Below, piece by piece: positions 18,240-27,346 of a stretch of DNA of 57,346 nt. Below the pieces are notes generated by a model. It was not told the origin of the DNA and searched no databases. It was given only the letters and a program-made list of their open reading frames with translations. The stretch comes from Candidatus Woesearchaeota archaeon (GTDB lineage: Archaea > Nanobdellota > Nanobdellia > Pacearchaeales > GW2011-AR1). Position 1 is the first letter of the stretch, and the number at the start of each line of letters is the position of its first letter. Both the position numbers and the translations under genes were made by a program. Location of the stretch: positions 1-57,346 of the forward strand of contig CAZROF010000001.1 of the NCBI GenBank assembly GCA_964601675.1. Direction: 5' to 3'.

Positions 18240-20366
18240 TTATTCGGCTCTCTTCAATAAATCTTTCAACTTAGCCTGATCCAGCCTCACATCCCGAATC
18301 TCACTCACAACATAAGTCGCCTTCTCTCCAATCTCCTTCCCTTTCAAAACTTTCAAATTTCTAAGCAACTTTTTCCTTATACTTTCTGAAACAACAACTC
18401 TAGCAGAATGAGTATCACTCATTCGCTTTGCGAGAGAAATAGTATTACCAATCCCAGTATACTTTAATTTTCCATTGTCTTTAGCAGCAACTAAGTCACC
18501 AGCATGGATTCCAATCCCAAATTCAATCTTATCCCTAAATTTCTTGTTATACATCTTTAAGGCTTCTAGTATGTTCATTCCGCATTTAACAGCTAAAGAC
18601 TCATTGCCGTAGGTTCGAGTCACGAGTGGATTAAATATGATAAAAATATAATCATTTCTATAGTCAACTAGACCCTTGCCCTTTGCTTCCTCAATAATTT
18701 TTTTCAAAGAATCTATACCCGCACCACCTAATTCTTCATAGTTTTTAACGCTCAGCGAAATGACTGAAGAAGTATACTTTTCGCCCTTTAATACTAAAGC
18801 AGACTCAGCTCCTGATAATCCCCTTTTTGTAAAATCAACCATGGTTTTATCTTCTTTACTATAATTTTTACTATCAAGACTCTGAGCAGCAGCAGATTTA
18901 TTAGTAAAAGCTAGACTATCCCCCATTTGCGATTTAACCGAAGTGGGAATTTTGTCTCCGACCTTTTTAGTGATTTTAGTTCCAGTATTTTGTAATTTTT
19001 TAGTCTTATTATGCTCCTTAATCTTATTAAACCACGTCCCAAAAAAACCATTCCCTTCCCCTATAATCTTAGTCTTTCGATATTTTATAATTAAAATTAG
19101 TCCGATACCACCAATCATAACTATTAAGAAAATCCAAATAATAGAATAGTTTTGAAAAAAAGGTCCGTTCTGAAAATCATTAACCGAGATAGCATCCCCT
19201 GTAAGTAGGACTTGATGAGTTATATTATCAGATCCATCGTCTACAACTACATTATATTTACCCATTGGGGCCTGTAAACTAAATTTTCTGACTTCTCCGA
19301 CTCTGATGTTTAAGTCTAAATTCATAACTTTTTCTCCTATATCTACAGTGATAGATTTATTGTATAGAGTATTCCCAACATTTTTTACAACCAAAATATT
19401 GTCTTCAAAATCAAATTTAACTTTTTGTAAAGCACTCACCTCGAACTCACGAGTCTGAGTCATATTGTCAAATTTAGCAACAATTTTCCAAGTGCCAACG
19501 CTAGAATTACTCATCAAATCAATCAATGTGAAATCACCAGCATTAAGAGCATTCTTAATATCACTCCCATCAGGAGAAATAATATTAATAGAAACTGTTC
19601 CCTTCATCTCAACTCCAGATTGATCGAAAACCGCAGCACCTATGCTAAAGTTATTGCCAGGAACAACATTATTATCGGATAGACTTAAAACCAAGGAACT
19701 TGCGACTTGATTAACCGTATAGGAACTAAGCCCGTAACCCTTATTTAAAACCCCATTAGCTCCTACATCGTAAGCATATACATTTAAACTATAAAATCCA
19801 GCTTCACTAGTTTTTGGAATATTGAATGTTTCTTCCACAGCTCCATCTTTAATTTCCTTACTAAAAGAACTAGCATTGGAACCCTCGATAAAACCATTTA
19901 ATAAAACTCCATTAGTTTTAAGAGCAGTTATGTTGACAATAACAGCTTCTCCAGGATTATATGTGGCCTTATTTAAAGAGACATCCACCGCAACATTATT
20001 GCTAATCTTAAAAAGATTGCTTAATGCGATATCCGATTCCATAGAGACAGCAACCTGACAGGATCCGATAATGTTACTTAAATTAGATGTTCCCAAATCC
20101 TCGCGATTTAAAATTTTATAAGCGGAATATTTTTGGTCACTATCTGCTGGAAAAGATCTCGCAGGAATCCTCACTAGATTAATGCTCTCATTATTACAGA
20201 CTAAATTAATATCTAAATTCCCGCTGTCAATGCCCCTCAATCCACCCAAATCAACATACAGCCTATCCCCTAAATTATAAACACTTTTCATTTCATTAAT
20301 AGAAATATCAGCAAAAACCCCAGAACAAACTATTATAATTACAACTAAAAATAACAACTTTTTCAT
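18240..20366 (-). CDS. single-pass receptor-like protein: signal peptide, large Ig-like ectodomain, TM, C-terminal class III nucleotidyl-cyclase-like (degenerate) domain
   Basis: The C-terminus carries FGIGIHAGDLV..YTGIGNTISLAKRM..ARVVVSE, like cyclase homology domains (iGihtG.v..G..g.tVN.AaRl). The first metal Asp position reads N (SVKNYEEL) and the catalytic Asn reads S. Confidence 0.55.
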   Translation of the reverse strand: MKKLLFLVVIIIVCSGVFADISINEMKSVYNLGDRLYVDLGGLRGIDSGNLDINLVCNNESINLVRIPARSFPADSDQKYSAYKILNREDLGTSNLSNIIGSCQVAVSMESDIALSNLFKISNNVAVDVSLNKATYNPGEAVIVNITALKTNGVLLNGFIEGSNASSFSKEIKDGAVEETFNIPKTSEAGFYSLNVYAYDVGANGVLNKGYGLSSYTVNQVASSLVLSLSDNNVVPGNNFSIGAAVFDQSGVEMKGTVSINIISPDGSDIKNALNAGDFTLIDLMSNSSVGTWKIVAKFDNMTQTREFEVSALQKVKFDFEDNILVVKNVGNTLYNKSITVDIGEKVMNLDLNIRVGEVRKFSLQAPMGKYNVVVDDGSDNITHQVLLTGDAISVNDFQNGPFFQNYSIIWIFLIVMIGGIGLILIIKYRKTKIIGEGNGFFGTWFNKIKEHNKTKKLQNTGTKITKKVGDKIPTSVKSQMGDSLAFTNKSAAAQSLDSKNYSKEDKTMVDFTKRGLSGAESALVLKGEKYTSSVISLSVKNYEELGGAGIDSLKKIIEEAKGKGLVDYRNDYIFIIFNPLVTRTYGNESLAVKCGMNILEALKMYNKKFRDKIEFGIGIHAGDLVAAKDNGKLKYTGIGNTISLAKRMSDTHSARVVVSESIRKKLLRNLKVLKGKEIGEKATYVVSEIRDVRLDQAKLKDLLKRAE

Positions 20367-20456
20367 ATTTGAAATACACTTCTTTACTATATAAATATTA
20401 TGAACATTTACAAGGATATCAATAAATATAAAAAGATATAGTTATGATATAAAATT

Positions 20457-21572
20457 ATGGCAGAAATGAAGGTGAACCCCTATGATGTAGAAGGTAAAAT
20501 TGATTACGACCGACTCATCAAAGAATTCGGAATAAAAAAAATAAACCAAAAACTTCTAAAAAGAATAAAAAATATAACAGGCGAAGTTCATCCTTATTTA
20601 CGAAGAGGAATATTTTTCGCACATCGAGATTTAGAAAAGTTACTAGATGCATATGACAAAGGAGAAAAATTCTTTCTTTACACAGGGTGCGGACCCTCAG
20701 GACCAGTCCACCTAGGGCACTACTCAATCTGGAGTTTTGTGAAATGGTTACAAGATAAATTCGACGTGGAGCTATGGTTTCAATTTACAGACGATGAAAA
20801 ATTCCTATACAAAAATAAGAGTTATGAAGAAATACAAGAATGGATGCACGAAAATATGTTAGATGTGATAGCTCTAGGATTTAATCCTAGAAAAACACAC
20901 TTCCTAATCGACACAAAACACGCGGGAATAATGTATCCCGAGGCAATCAAGGTAGCAAAGAAGATAACTTTCTCGACAATAAAATCCTCATTTGGATTCA
21001 CAGATTCGAATAATATAGGTTCAATCTTTTATACATCAATGCAAACAGTTCCAATTTTCCTCCCAAACGTCCTAAACAACAAGTCAGAATATTGTTTAAT
21101 TCCATTAGCAGTAGATCAGGACCCACATTTCAGAATATCAAGAGATGTGGTACAAAAACTCGGACATAAAAAACCAGTAATTCTTCACGCAAAATTCATG
21201 TCACCACTAACAGGAATTTCCGGGAAATCAAGTAGTTCAGACTCGGGTAAAGCAATCCTTATGACAGACAATTCAAAAACAGTAAAAAACAAAATCAACA
21301 AACACGCATTCTCAGGCGGACAAGAAACAGTCGAAGAACACCGAGCAAAGGGTGGAAACGTAGATGTGGACGTCGCCTGCCAATGGTTAAAATATTTCGA
21401 ACATGACGACGAAAAACTTGCAGAGATTTACGATAAATATTCAAAAGGAGAACTTCTATCAGGAGAAGTTAAAAAAATACTAATAGAAAAAATAAATAAA
21501 ATTTTATCAGAACATCAAAAAAGAAGAAAATCGGCAGAAAAACAATTAGATAAATTTATTTACAAGAATTAA
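20457..21572 (+). CDS. trpS: tryptophanyl-tRNA synthetase, archaeal/eukaryotic type
   Basis: FFLYTGCGPSGPVHLGHY..KWLQDKFDVELWFQFTDDEKFL closely parallels eukaryotic and archaeal TrpRS. It has a KMSKS-like GKSSSS motif. Confidence 0.9.
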   Translation: MAEMKVNPYDVEGKIDYDRLIKEFGIKKINQKLLKRIKNITGEVHPYLRRGIFFAHRDLEKLLDAYDKGEKFFLYTGCGPSGPVHLGHYSIWSFVKWLQDKFDVELWFQFTDDEKFLYKNKSYEEIQEWMHENMLDVIALGFNPRKTHFLIDTKHAGIMYPEAIKVAKKITFSTIKSSFGFTDSNNIGSIFYTSMQTVPIFLPNVLNNKSEYCLIPLAVDQDPHFRISRDVVQKLGHKKPVILHAKFMSPLTGISGKSSSSDSGKAILMTDNSKTVKNKINKHAFSGGQETVEEHRAKGGNVDVDVACQWLKYFEHDDEKLAEIYDKYSKGELLSGEVKKILIEKINKILSEHQKRRKSAEKQLDKFIYKN

Positions 21573-21922
21573 TAATCTTCGTTATCAGAAATACGACTAG
21601 TGCTACCAACAAATCTATAGTCCCTAACAGTCATATCATAAGAGCCACCAACGGTACACTGTTCTGGTTCATCAATGGTCCAATATTGTTTGCCACTTGT
21701 CTTAGCCAAAGAATTATCTTCATAAACAGACACATAAACACCACTAGTTTTGTCAAAAAATGAACTCTTACAAACTAAATCATCTATTCTTTTCTCGGTT
21801 CCACATGTATTAAGGCACGCGAGAGTAACTCCTGCAAGAACTACATCCCTCAGATTCTTTTTCCATCCCCTACTTAAGATAGCCTCAGCAATAGGATTTT
21901 CATTTCGATATCTATTTCCCAT
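21569..21922 (-). CDS. hypothetical protein, possible membrane or lipid anchor
   Basis: Hydrophobic segment VVLAGVTLACLNTCG. It lies directly downstream of the KaiC-like gene. Confidence 0.3.
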   Translation of the reverse strand: MGNRYRNENPIAEAILSRGWKKNLRDVVLAGVTLACLNTCGTEKRIDDLVCKSSFFDKTSGVYVSVYEDNSLAKTSGKQYWTIDEPEQCTVGGSYDMTVRDYRFVGSTSRISDNEDY

Positions 21923-21972
21923 AACAACCCAAACCCTCTAATCTATTTAAACCTTTCGTTTTGCAACCATTA

Positions 21973-22968
21973 CTAAGTAACAACATTAGAACTAGAAAAA
22001 GCCGTCTTTTCCCTAGCTTGAGGGGCGACATTATTCGAAGGCAACTTAGGCAACTCCTGATGAATAGGAGCAGTAGGTATAACGGAAACCGAGCCATCAT
22101 CACGCTTAACAGCAGGGACTAAAGCAACGGGAGCAACTAAGTCCTCTCTCTTAGGAATCACCTCAACCGGACTAGAAGTTTCCTTCTTTTGGGAAATAAC
22201 CTTAGGCACCATACTAACATCAACCTTCTGAACAGCAGCCCTTTCCACCTGCGACACAACCCTCCCCTCCTTATTAAAAACCTCAATACCACCGTCCCGA
22301 ATTATCATCCCAATAGCAGCCCTTTCATGTGCAGTTCTTCTCATTTTCGCAATCCTAATAGCCCTATCTCCAACGCCAGCAACTGGAGATTCATAAAAAA
22401 TACTAACAGAATCACTAAGGAATCGCAAGATATCAGTTTTTGTCCATTCGCTTCCACTTGTCCAATTCATCTCACCCTCTAAGCTTTCATCCGCAAAAAT
22501 CGTCGTAACTTTAAGTCTCTTCATTAAACTCGACAACTCAAAAATAGTTTGCCTAATTTTTCCCTTATCACTTAAACTCAAGGCCAAAACCGAAACTGGA
22601 TCGAAGCAAATTCGTCTCACATTATTTTTACTAATCATCCGAGTTAATTCCTTCTTTAATTCTTCAATCGAAGTCTGCGGAGCAAACCTCATAAATTTAA
22701 TCTTTCCCTCCTCACTGAGCTTCGAAAAATCCCATCCATGCGCCATAGAGTCATTAAGTGTATCAAGAATATCTGGCTCAAAACTACAATACAATCCATT
22801 CTCGCCAAATTTCGCAATTCCATTCCAAAGGAACTGTAAAAGAAAAGTACTCTTTCCAGAGCCAGGACCTCCAACAATTAGGTTATCACTATTTCTAACG
22901 AAACCTCCGTCACACAACTTATCAAATCCAACAATGCCAGTAGGACATCTGTCAATCACCCCGTTCAT
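21973..22968 (-). CDS. KaiC/RecA-superfamily ATPase with Pro/Val-rich C-terminal tail
   Basis: TGIVGFDKL..GG, Walker A GGPGSGKST and Walker B-like RICFDPVS. About 90 aa of low-complexity tail. Confidence 0.75.
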   Translation of the reverse strand: MNGVIDRCPTGIVGFDKLCDGGFVRNSDNLIVGGPGSGKSTFLLQFLWNGIAKFGENGLYCSFEPDILDTLNDSMAHGWDFSKLSEEGKIKFMRFAPQTSIEELKKELTRMISKNNVRRICFDPVSVLALSLSDKGKIRQTIFELSSLMKRLKVTTIFADESLEGEMNWTSGSEWTKTDILRFLSDSVSIFYESPVAGVGDRAIRIAKMRRTAHERAAIGMIIRDGGIEVFNKEGRVVSQVERAAVQKVDVSMVPKVISQKKETSSPVEVIPKREDLVAPVALVPAVKRDDGSVSVIPTAPIHQELPKLPSNNVAPQAREKTAFSSSNVVT

Positions 22969-22989
22969 GGGATAGTGAAATAAAAGAAT

Positions 22990-23000
22990 TATTTAAATGT
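22990..23000 (-). promoter_or_regulatory. TATA-like box (aaacatttaaataa on minus strand) for the KaiC-like gene
   Basis: It lies about 25-30 nt upstream of the ATG at 22968 and immediately outside the transposon end. Confidence 0.4.
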
Positions 23001-23003
23001 TTA

Positions 23004-23012
23004 CTAATACGT
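23004..23012 (+). repeat. left target-site duplication ctaatacgt
   Basis: An identical 9-mer in direct orientation sits at 35441-35449. Each copy abuts one terminal inverted repeat. Confidence 0.75.
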
Positions 23013-23029
23013 GGCTTTGTTTAATAAGT
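23013..23029 (+). repeat. left terminal inverted repeat ggctttgtttaataagt
   Basis: Exact reverse complement of 35424-35440. Confidence 0.8.
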
Positions 23030-23048
23030 CCAAATAACAACTTACTTT

Positions 23049-24308
23049 TTAAACAGAAATTTCTCTTGTATGTTCAAGACTAAATTCTGCTTTTACCCCC
23101 AACTCTTTTATTTCTTGAATAACAACACAAACATTATGACATAAAACTTTAATCAACATCTCATTAAATTGTGCTATTTGTTTTTTGCTTCTTATATCTC
23201 CTCTAAATTTTGTTTTAATCATATGAAATACTGTTTCTGAATTAGACCTTTTATGATAATGTTCTAAAAAATCCTCATGTTTATACATAAAATAATGATA
23301 CATCTTTTTCCAAACAGAAGATTTACCTCTTTTACCTGTAACATTTTTCTTAAATGGAATAAAAGGAACTCCGCCAACTTCTTTAATAACTTTAAGGTTG
23401 GCTTTACTACTATATGCTTTATCCCCCGAAACTTCTGAAATTCCAAAATTCTCGGCTGTTTTATGAACTAATCCCTTTAATTGTGGGCTATCATTTTCTT
23501 GCCCTTCTGTTATCTTAACTCCTGTAATAATATTAGTTTTAACTCCACTTATCAAATGGGCTTTAATCCAAACCTTGTATTTCCTTTCCTTTCCCCACTT
23601 ATAATCAAACCAACGAGCATATCTTGAAGTAGAAAAACCTGAACTATCAATTGCAAAATCCTTTTCTATTTCTTTAAGAGGTAGGGAACTAATTGTTATT
23701 AGATTTTCTAAAATTGTTTTAACTTCTCCCTTATTCATAAAATTAGATAATGAAGAATAACAAGGAACCTTATCAACTAATCCGTAATCGTGTGCAATTT
23801 TCATATCAGACATAAATCTTCTTAATGAAAATCCTGTATAAACCTTCATTACAGAACCAAAAAGCATATCTGAAAAAGGTAAAGTTGGCCGACCAAATTT
23901 ATATTCAGGTTGTTCAATATTCTCGCATAAATCTTTTAACAACTTCATAAAAATTAACTTCTCATTTGTTTGAAATTTATTATAAGCAGACCATTTTTGA
24001 GTATAAGAAACTTTTACTCCATTTGTTTCTATGATTTTCCCTTCTTCGTCTATTTGTCTTTTAATATAAAATTCTACTGCGTAAATATGCTTACATTTAG
24101 ATTTTCTTAAAGTGCAATCAGGACAATTGCATTTTGGTTCGTGTCCGTTAAAACTTACTTTATATGCTTTAAAAGATGTTTGAGAGCCAACTATCCAATA
24201 ATTATTATGCTTTCTTAATCGTCCAGATTGAAAGATTAACTTACCTCTCTCTTCTCGGTTAAGTTTTCTTATATCTGTTGTTTGTGTTTGATTATTTACT
24301 TTTATCAT
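23049..24308 (-). CDS. DDE transposase, IS4/IS5 superfamily, with N-terminal SWIM zinc finger
   Basis: SWIM finger CNCPDCTLRKSKCKHIYA. DDE candidates are DSSGF, GDKAY and SNSETVF. There is an exact Y-x2-R-x3-E-x6-K signature (YHKRSNSETVFHMIK). Confidence 0.85.
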   Translation of the reverse strand: MIKVNNQTQTTDIRKLNREERGKLIFQSGRLRKHNNYWIVGSQTSFKAYKVSFNGHEPKCNCPDCTLRKSKCKHIYAVEFYIKRQIDEEGKIIETNGVKVSYTQKWSAYNKFQTNEKLIFMKLLKDLCENIEQPEYKFGRPTLPFSDMLFGSVMKVYTGFSLRRFMSDMKIAHDYGLVDKVPCYSSLSNFMNKGEVKTILENLITISSLPLKEIEKDFAIDSSGFSTSRYARWFDYKWGKERKYKVWIKAHLISGVKTNIITGVKITEGQENDSPQLKGLVHKTAENFGISEVSGDKAYSSKANLKVIKEVGGVPFIPFKKNVTGKRGKSSVWKKMYHYFMYKHEDFLEHYHKRSNSETVFHMIKTKFRGDIRSKKQIAQFNEMLIKVLCHNVCVVIQEIKELGVKAEFSLEHTREISV

Positions 24309-24489
24309 CTTACTTATATAGGTAATAACTACTATATAAATCTTTCTATTTCTTACTGATATAAGTAAATAGTATATAATTACCGACGATAAAATAATAC
24401 TTATATTCTTGAGTTTTATATAATTAACTAATATTAACTATGTTTTTATAAACAATAATTATATAAAGTAGTTAAACTTAAATAAATTT

Positions 24490-24675
24490 ATGAGTAACAA
24501 AGAAAAGTATAAAATTAAAAAAGTGGTAAATGCTTTTAAGTGTTTAAGGTGCGGACATGAATGGATACCCCGCGTGGAATTATCACAACTTGAAGGTGAA
24601 TTAAAAGAAAAGCCCAGAATCTGCCCAAAATGTAAGTCTGCTTATTGGGATTTAGAACCTAAAACCAAAAAGTAA
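24490..24675 (+). CDS. small zinc-ribbon protein (61 aa)
   Basis: CLRCGHEW ... CPKCKS (two CxxC knuckles) with basic termini. Confidence 0.5.
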   Translation: MSNKEKYKIKKVVNAFKCLRCGHEWIPRVELSQLEGELKEKPRICPKCKSAYWDLEPKTKK

Positions 24676-24717
24676 TGGGGTTTGAAAGCCGACTCTTCAT
24701 TTTGGAAAAATAGAAAA

Positions 24718-25280
24718 TTATTTATTTAACTCAATCAACCTAATTGTACTTTCTCTCACCACTCTTGCTACTTCCCTAAACTCATCATAAGTTAATACCC
24801 ATTGATTACTTACATCAGGATATTCTTCACCCATTAGATTAATAATTTTTGGATGATAATCTGAACCGTTATATATATCTCTAACCCTCCTTAAATTTGA
24901 ATCTCCAATACAAGCGATTATTCCTCCCCCATCAACTGCATGTGTTTGAGTGGGATAATCTACAAATTCTAAATCTAATTCAGCAAGATATCTGTCCCTA
25001 TTCGCTCTCTCCTTTATGAGAAATTTTTCTAATATTCCTCTAGGATTTGTTTCAAAATTATCCACCTCCTTTGTAGACAAAATATCTCGTTCATAGGCAT
25101 CACTGAAAAATTGTTTTAAGTATTTAGCTAGTTGATTTCCATCAGATCTTGTTATCACATCAACCATAGTTCCAGTTGAAAATAGCGTATACTCTTGATT
25201 TTTGCTAATCTGGCCACAGCTAACGCTACTGGGCTTTTCCCATTATTTGCTGTACATACAAATTCTATCCTTTTTACCAT
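24718..25280 (-). pseudogene. LMW protein-tyrosine-phosphatase/ArsC-like gene, frameshifted; P-loop CX5K instead of CX5R
   Basis: The 41-aa ORF at 25155-25280 reads MVKRIEFVCTANNGKSPVALAVARLAK.. (LMW-PTP P-loop V-C-x-x-N-x-x-[R>K]-S-P). The 149-aa ORF (24718-25167) continues the fold in another frame (ITRSDG.., IIACIGDSN.., PDVSNQW..YDEFREV). A 1-nt indel in the A5 run (T5 on the plus strand, 25199-25203) would fuse them. Confidence 0.5.
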
Positions 25281-25357
25281 ATTACTACTAAATAGTTACA
25301 AGATATAAATCTTTGCATTTTACAAATATTAAAAAACTTGATTTTCGTATTGAGATT

Positions 25358-25984
25358 ATGATAAAAGTAAAAATTTGTGGAATACATTCTAGCAATGAAG
25401 CAAAAAAGGCTATTGAATATGGGGCCGATTTTTTAGGATTACTTATAGATATTCCTGAAACTAATTTAAGTTTAAATCCAATCGAAGCTAAAAAAATTAT
25501 ATCTTATAATCATAAAGGAAAATTTATTATACTTACTATAGAAATGAAGTCCAGAAAATTATTATCTTTGGTTAATGAGATTTCGCCTTGGGGGATTCAA
25601 CTTTTAAGACCAACAAGTGAAAATGTAAATTTTCTTTCAAAAAATAGTGAAGTAAAGATAATACCTGTGGTTCACATAACTAACAAAAGAGATATTAATC
25701 AAATTGAATCATATAATAATGCCGATTATATCCTATTAGATTCTAGGTTTGGCAATCATCTTGGAGGAACGGGTAAAGTTCATGATTGGAACATAAGTAA
25801 AAAAATTGTAAAAAATACCAATATACCCATAATATTGGCAGGAGGTTTGAATAAATCAAATATTAAAGAAGCTATTAGTAAAGTTAAACCATATGCCGTA
25901 GATGTTGAATCTTCCCTTAGGAACAACATAGGTTTTAGAGACTTCTTAAAAATTAAAAAGTTCATAGATAAAGCAAAAAATTAA
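25358..25984 (+). CDS. trpF: phosphoribosylanthranilate isomerase (TrpF)-family protein
   Basis: MIKVKICGI..GADFLGLL..IQLL..ILLDS..GGTGKVHDW..ILAGGLNKSNIKEAI..PYAVDVESS..FIDKAK tracks T. maritima TrpF almost motif for motif. The catalytic Cys (KICG) and Asp (LLD) are present. The start is taken at the ATG 25358. Confidence 0.8.
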   Translation: MIKVKICGIHSSNEAKKAIEYGADFLGLLIDIPETNLSLNPIEAKKIISYNHKGKFIILTIEMKSRKLLSLVNEISPWGIQLLRPTSENVNFLSKNSEVKIIPVVHITNKRDINQIESYNNADYILLDSRFGNHLGGTGKVHDWNISKKIVKNTNIPIILAGGLNKSNIKEAISKVKPYAVDVESSLRNNIGFRDFLKIKKFIDKAKN

Positions 25985-27069
25985 TCAAAATCTTTTGAAA
26001 AAGGGCCAAACACCTTATTCTTCAATAACCAGCTCCAATGTACTCTTGGAGATTCTTTTATCTTCAATTTTCCAAATGGAATTTCAAAAACTTGAGGCAT
26101 ATTATATTCATTAACTTTTTCTTCAATAGGATCATAGTATAATATTTTTGGAATACAAATATTTCTTTTATCTTTATTACTCGCAAGAATTAACGGACAT
26201 TGTATTTCTTGTCCTCTAACATAGAGGAATTTTTTCCATTTTTCTACATCATTAAAAGGAATCATAGAAGGAATAAAAACAATATCTATATCTTTATTAG
26301 CCAAATAATGGGAAATTCTCGGATTCAATAAATCATAACAGATTATAACTGCCACTTTTATTCCTTTATGCTCAATTATTTTTGGGAATCTTCCTTTTTT
26401 CATTATTTTTTTTTCGTTAGCAAAGGCTGTAGACTTACTTATTTGAATTGGACTTTTTTTCATAAAATATGTTTCAGGTCCCTGATTACCATATTTGCCA
26501 AATATTGTCCCTTCTGGAAATCCTTTTGGATTAAAGTTCATTCTTGAGAATGGATATGATTCCGGAAATAAGTATAAATCGGATTTGTTTTTTGAAATAA
26601 TTTTTTTTGAAATATTAACATCTTCCCTAGAATTGATGACATTTCCACAAAAGGCCGAAACTTTTAGAATCTCTAAACCTCTAAATTTTTCTTCAATAGT
26701 TGCATTAATTTCTCCGGAAACAATATATTTTCTACTATTGAAAGTCTTTTCAATCAGTTTTCGTTTGGTTTTTTTGTTTTTGAAAATTTTTCCAAAAGGG
26801 ATGTGAGGATTTTTACTTGTCCAATTCAGAACTAATTCATTTTTCATAGTCTTATTCTTTGCAAAACATAAAACATACGGGCCCAGTATAAATGCTATTT
26901 CTCTATAGAAATAATTTCTAAACTCTTCTTGTTTTAATACAACAAATTTTGAACTTTTGAATAGATTAAATATTTCATAAGTGGTTGATAAGTTCACTTT
27001 CTTTAAAAGTCTTGAATACCATTTTTCATTTTTCATTTGAGTTAATTTCAACAAGACCATCTTTACCAT
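25981..27069 (-). CDS. carbon-nitrogen hydrolase (nitrilase superfamily)-like protein with about 180-aa N-terminal extension
   Basis: Candidate E-K-C triad: DLYLFPESY (Glu), YFMKKSP (Lys) and VAVIICYDL (Cys). An alternative start at 27036 would reduce the overlap with the upstream gene. Confidence 0.55.
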   Translation of the reverse strand: MVKMVLLKLTQMKNEKWYSRLLKKVNLSTTYEIFNLFKSSKFVVLKQEEFRNYFYREIAFILGPYVLCFAKNKTMKNELVLNWTSKNPHIPFGKIFKNKKTKRKLIEKTFNSRKYIVSGEINATIEEKFRGLEILKVSAFCGNVINSREDVNISKKIISKNKSDLYLFPESYPFSRMNFNPKGFPEGTIFGKYGNQGPETYFMKKSPIQISKSTAFANEKKIMKKGRFPKIIEHKGIKVAVIICYDLLNPRISHYLANKDIDIVFIPSMIPFNDVEKWKKFLYVRGQEIQCPLILASNKDKRNICIPKILYYDPIEEKVNEYNMPQVFEIPFGKLKIKESPRVHWSWLLKNKVFGPFSKDFD

Positions 27070-27346
27070 TAATCTTGACCTTCATACCATCAGAAACTGT
27101 ATCTAATAACTCTTTTATTCCAACAATACATGGTTTTTTAATCTCTCTACAAAATATTGAAGCATGAGATAACAATCCTCCGTATTCTGTAAGAACTGCT
27201 CCAACATTCAACATTTCAGCACTCATTTCGGGAGATGTGGATGTAGCTACAAGAATATCATTTTCATTAAATTCTTTCTCTTTTGAAAAAATCTTGATAG
27301 TTCCCTCAAATTCCCCTTCAGAAGCAGGAATGCCTTTGAGTATCAT
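27026..27346 (-). CDS. stand-alone PEP-utilising-enzyme mobile (phosphohistidine swivel) domain protein
   Basis: GIPASEG...ILVATSTSPE...AVLTEYGGLLSHASIFCREIKKPCIVG is the classic swivel domain with the phospho-His (SH). Confidence 0.8.
   Translation of the reverse strand: MILKGIPASEGEFEGTIKIFSKEKEFNENDILVATSTSPEMSAEMLNVGAVLTEYGGLLSHASIFCREIKKPCIVGIKELLDTVSDGMKVKINGKDGLVEINSNEK

Noticed and set aside
18611-18620. T-loop-like GGTTCGAG strings (also about 41440 on the minus strand) that hint at tRNA genes.
   Set aside because: Both lie inside well-supported CDSs, and no acceptor or anticodon stems can be drawn. I found no convincing tRNA in the intergenic spacers.
24309-24489. Expected inner right-hand TIR that would make the transposase part of an ordinary 1.4-kb IS.
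   Set aside because: There is no match beyond 6 nt (acttat) to acttattaaacaaagcc in this spacer. The only full match is at 35424-35440.
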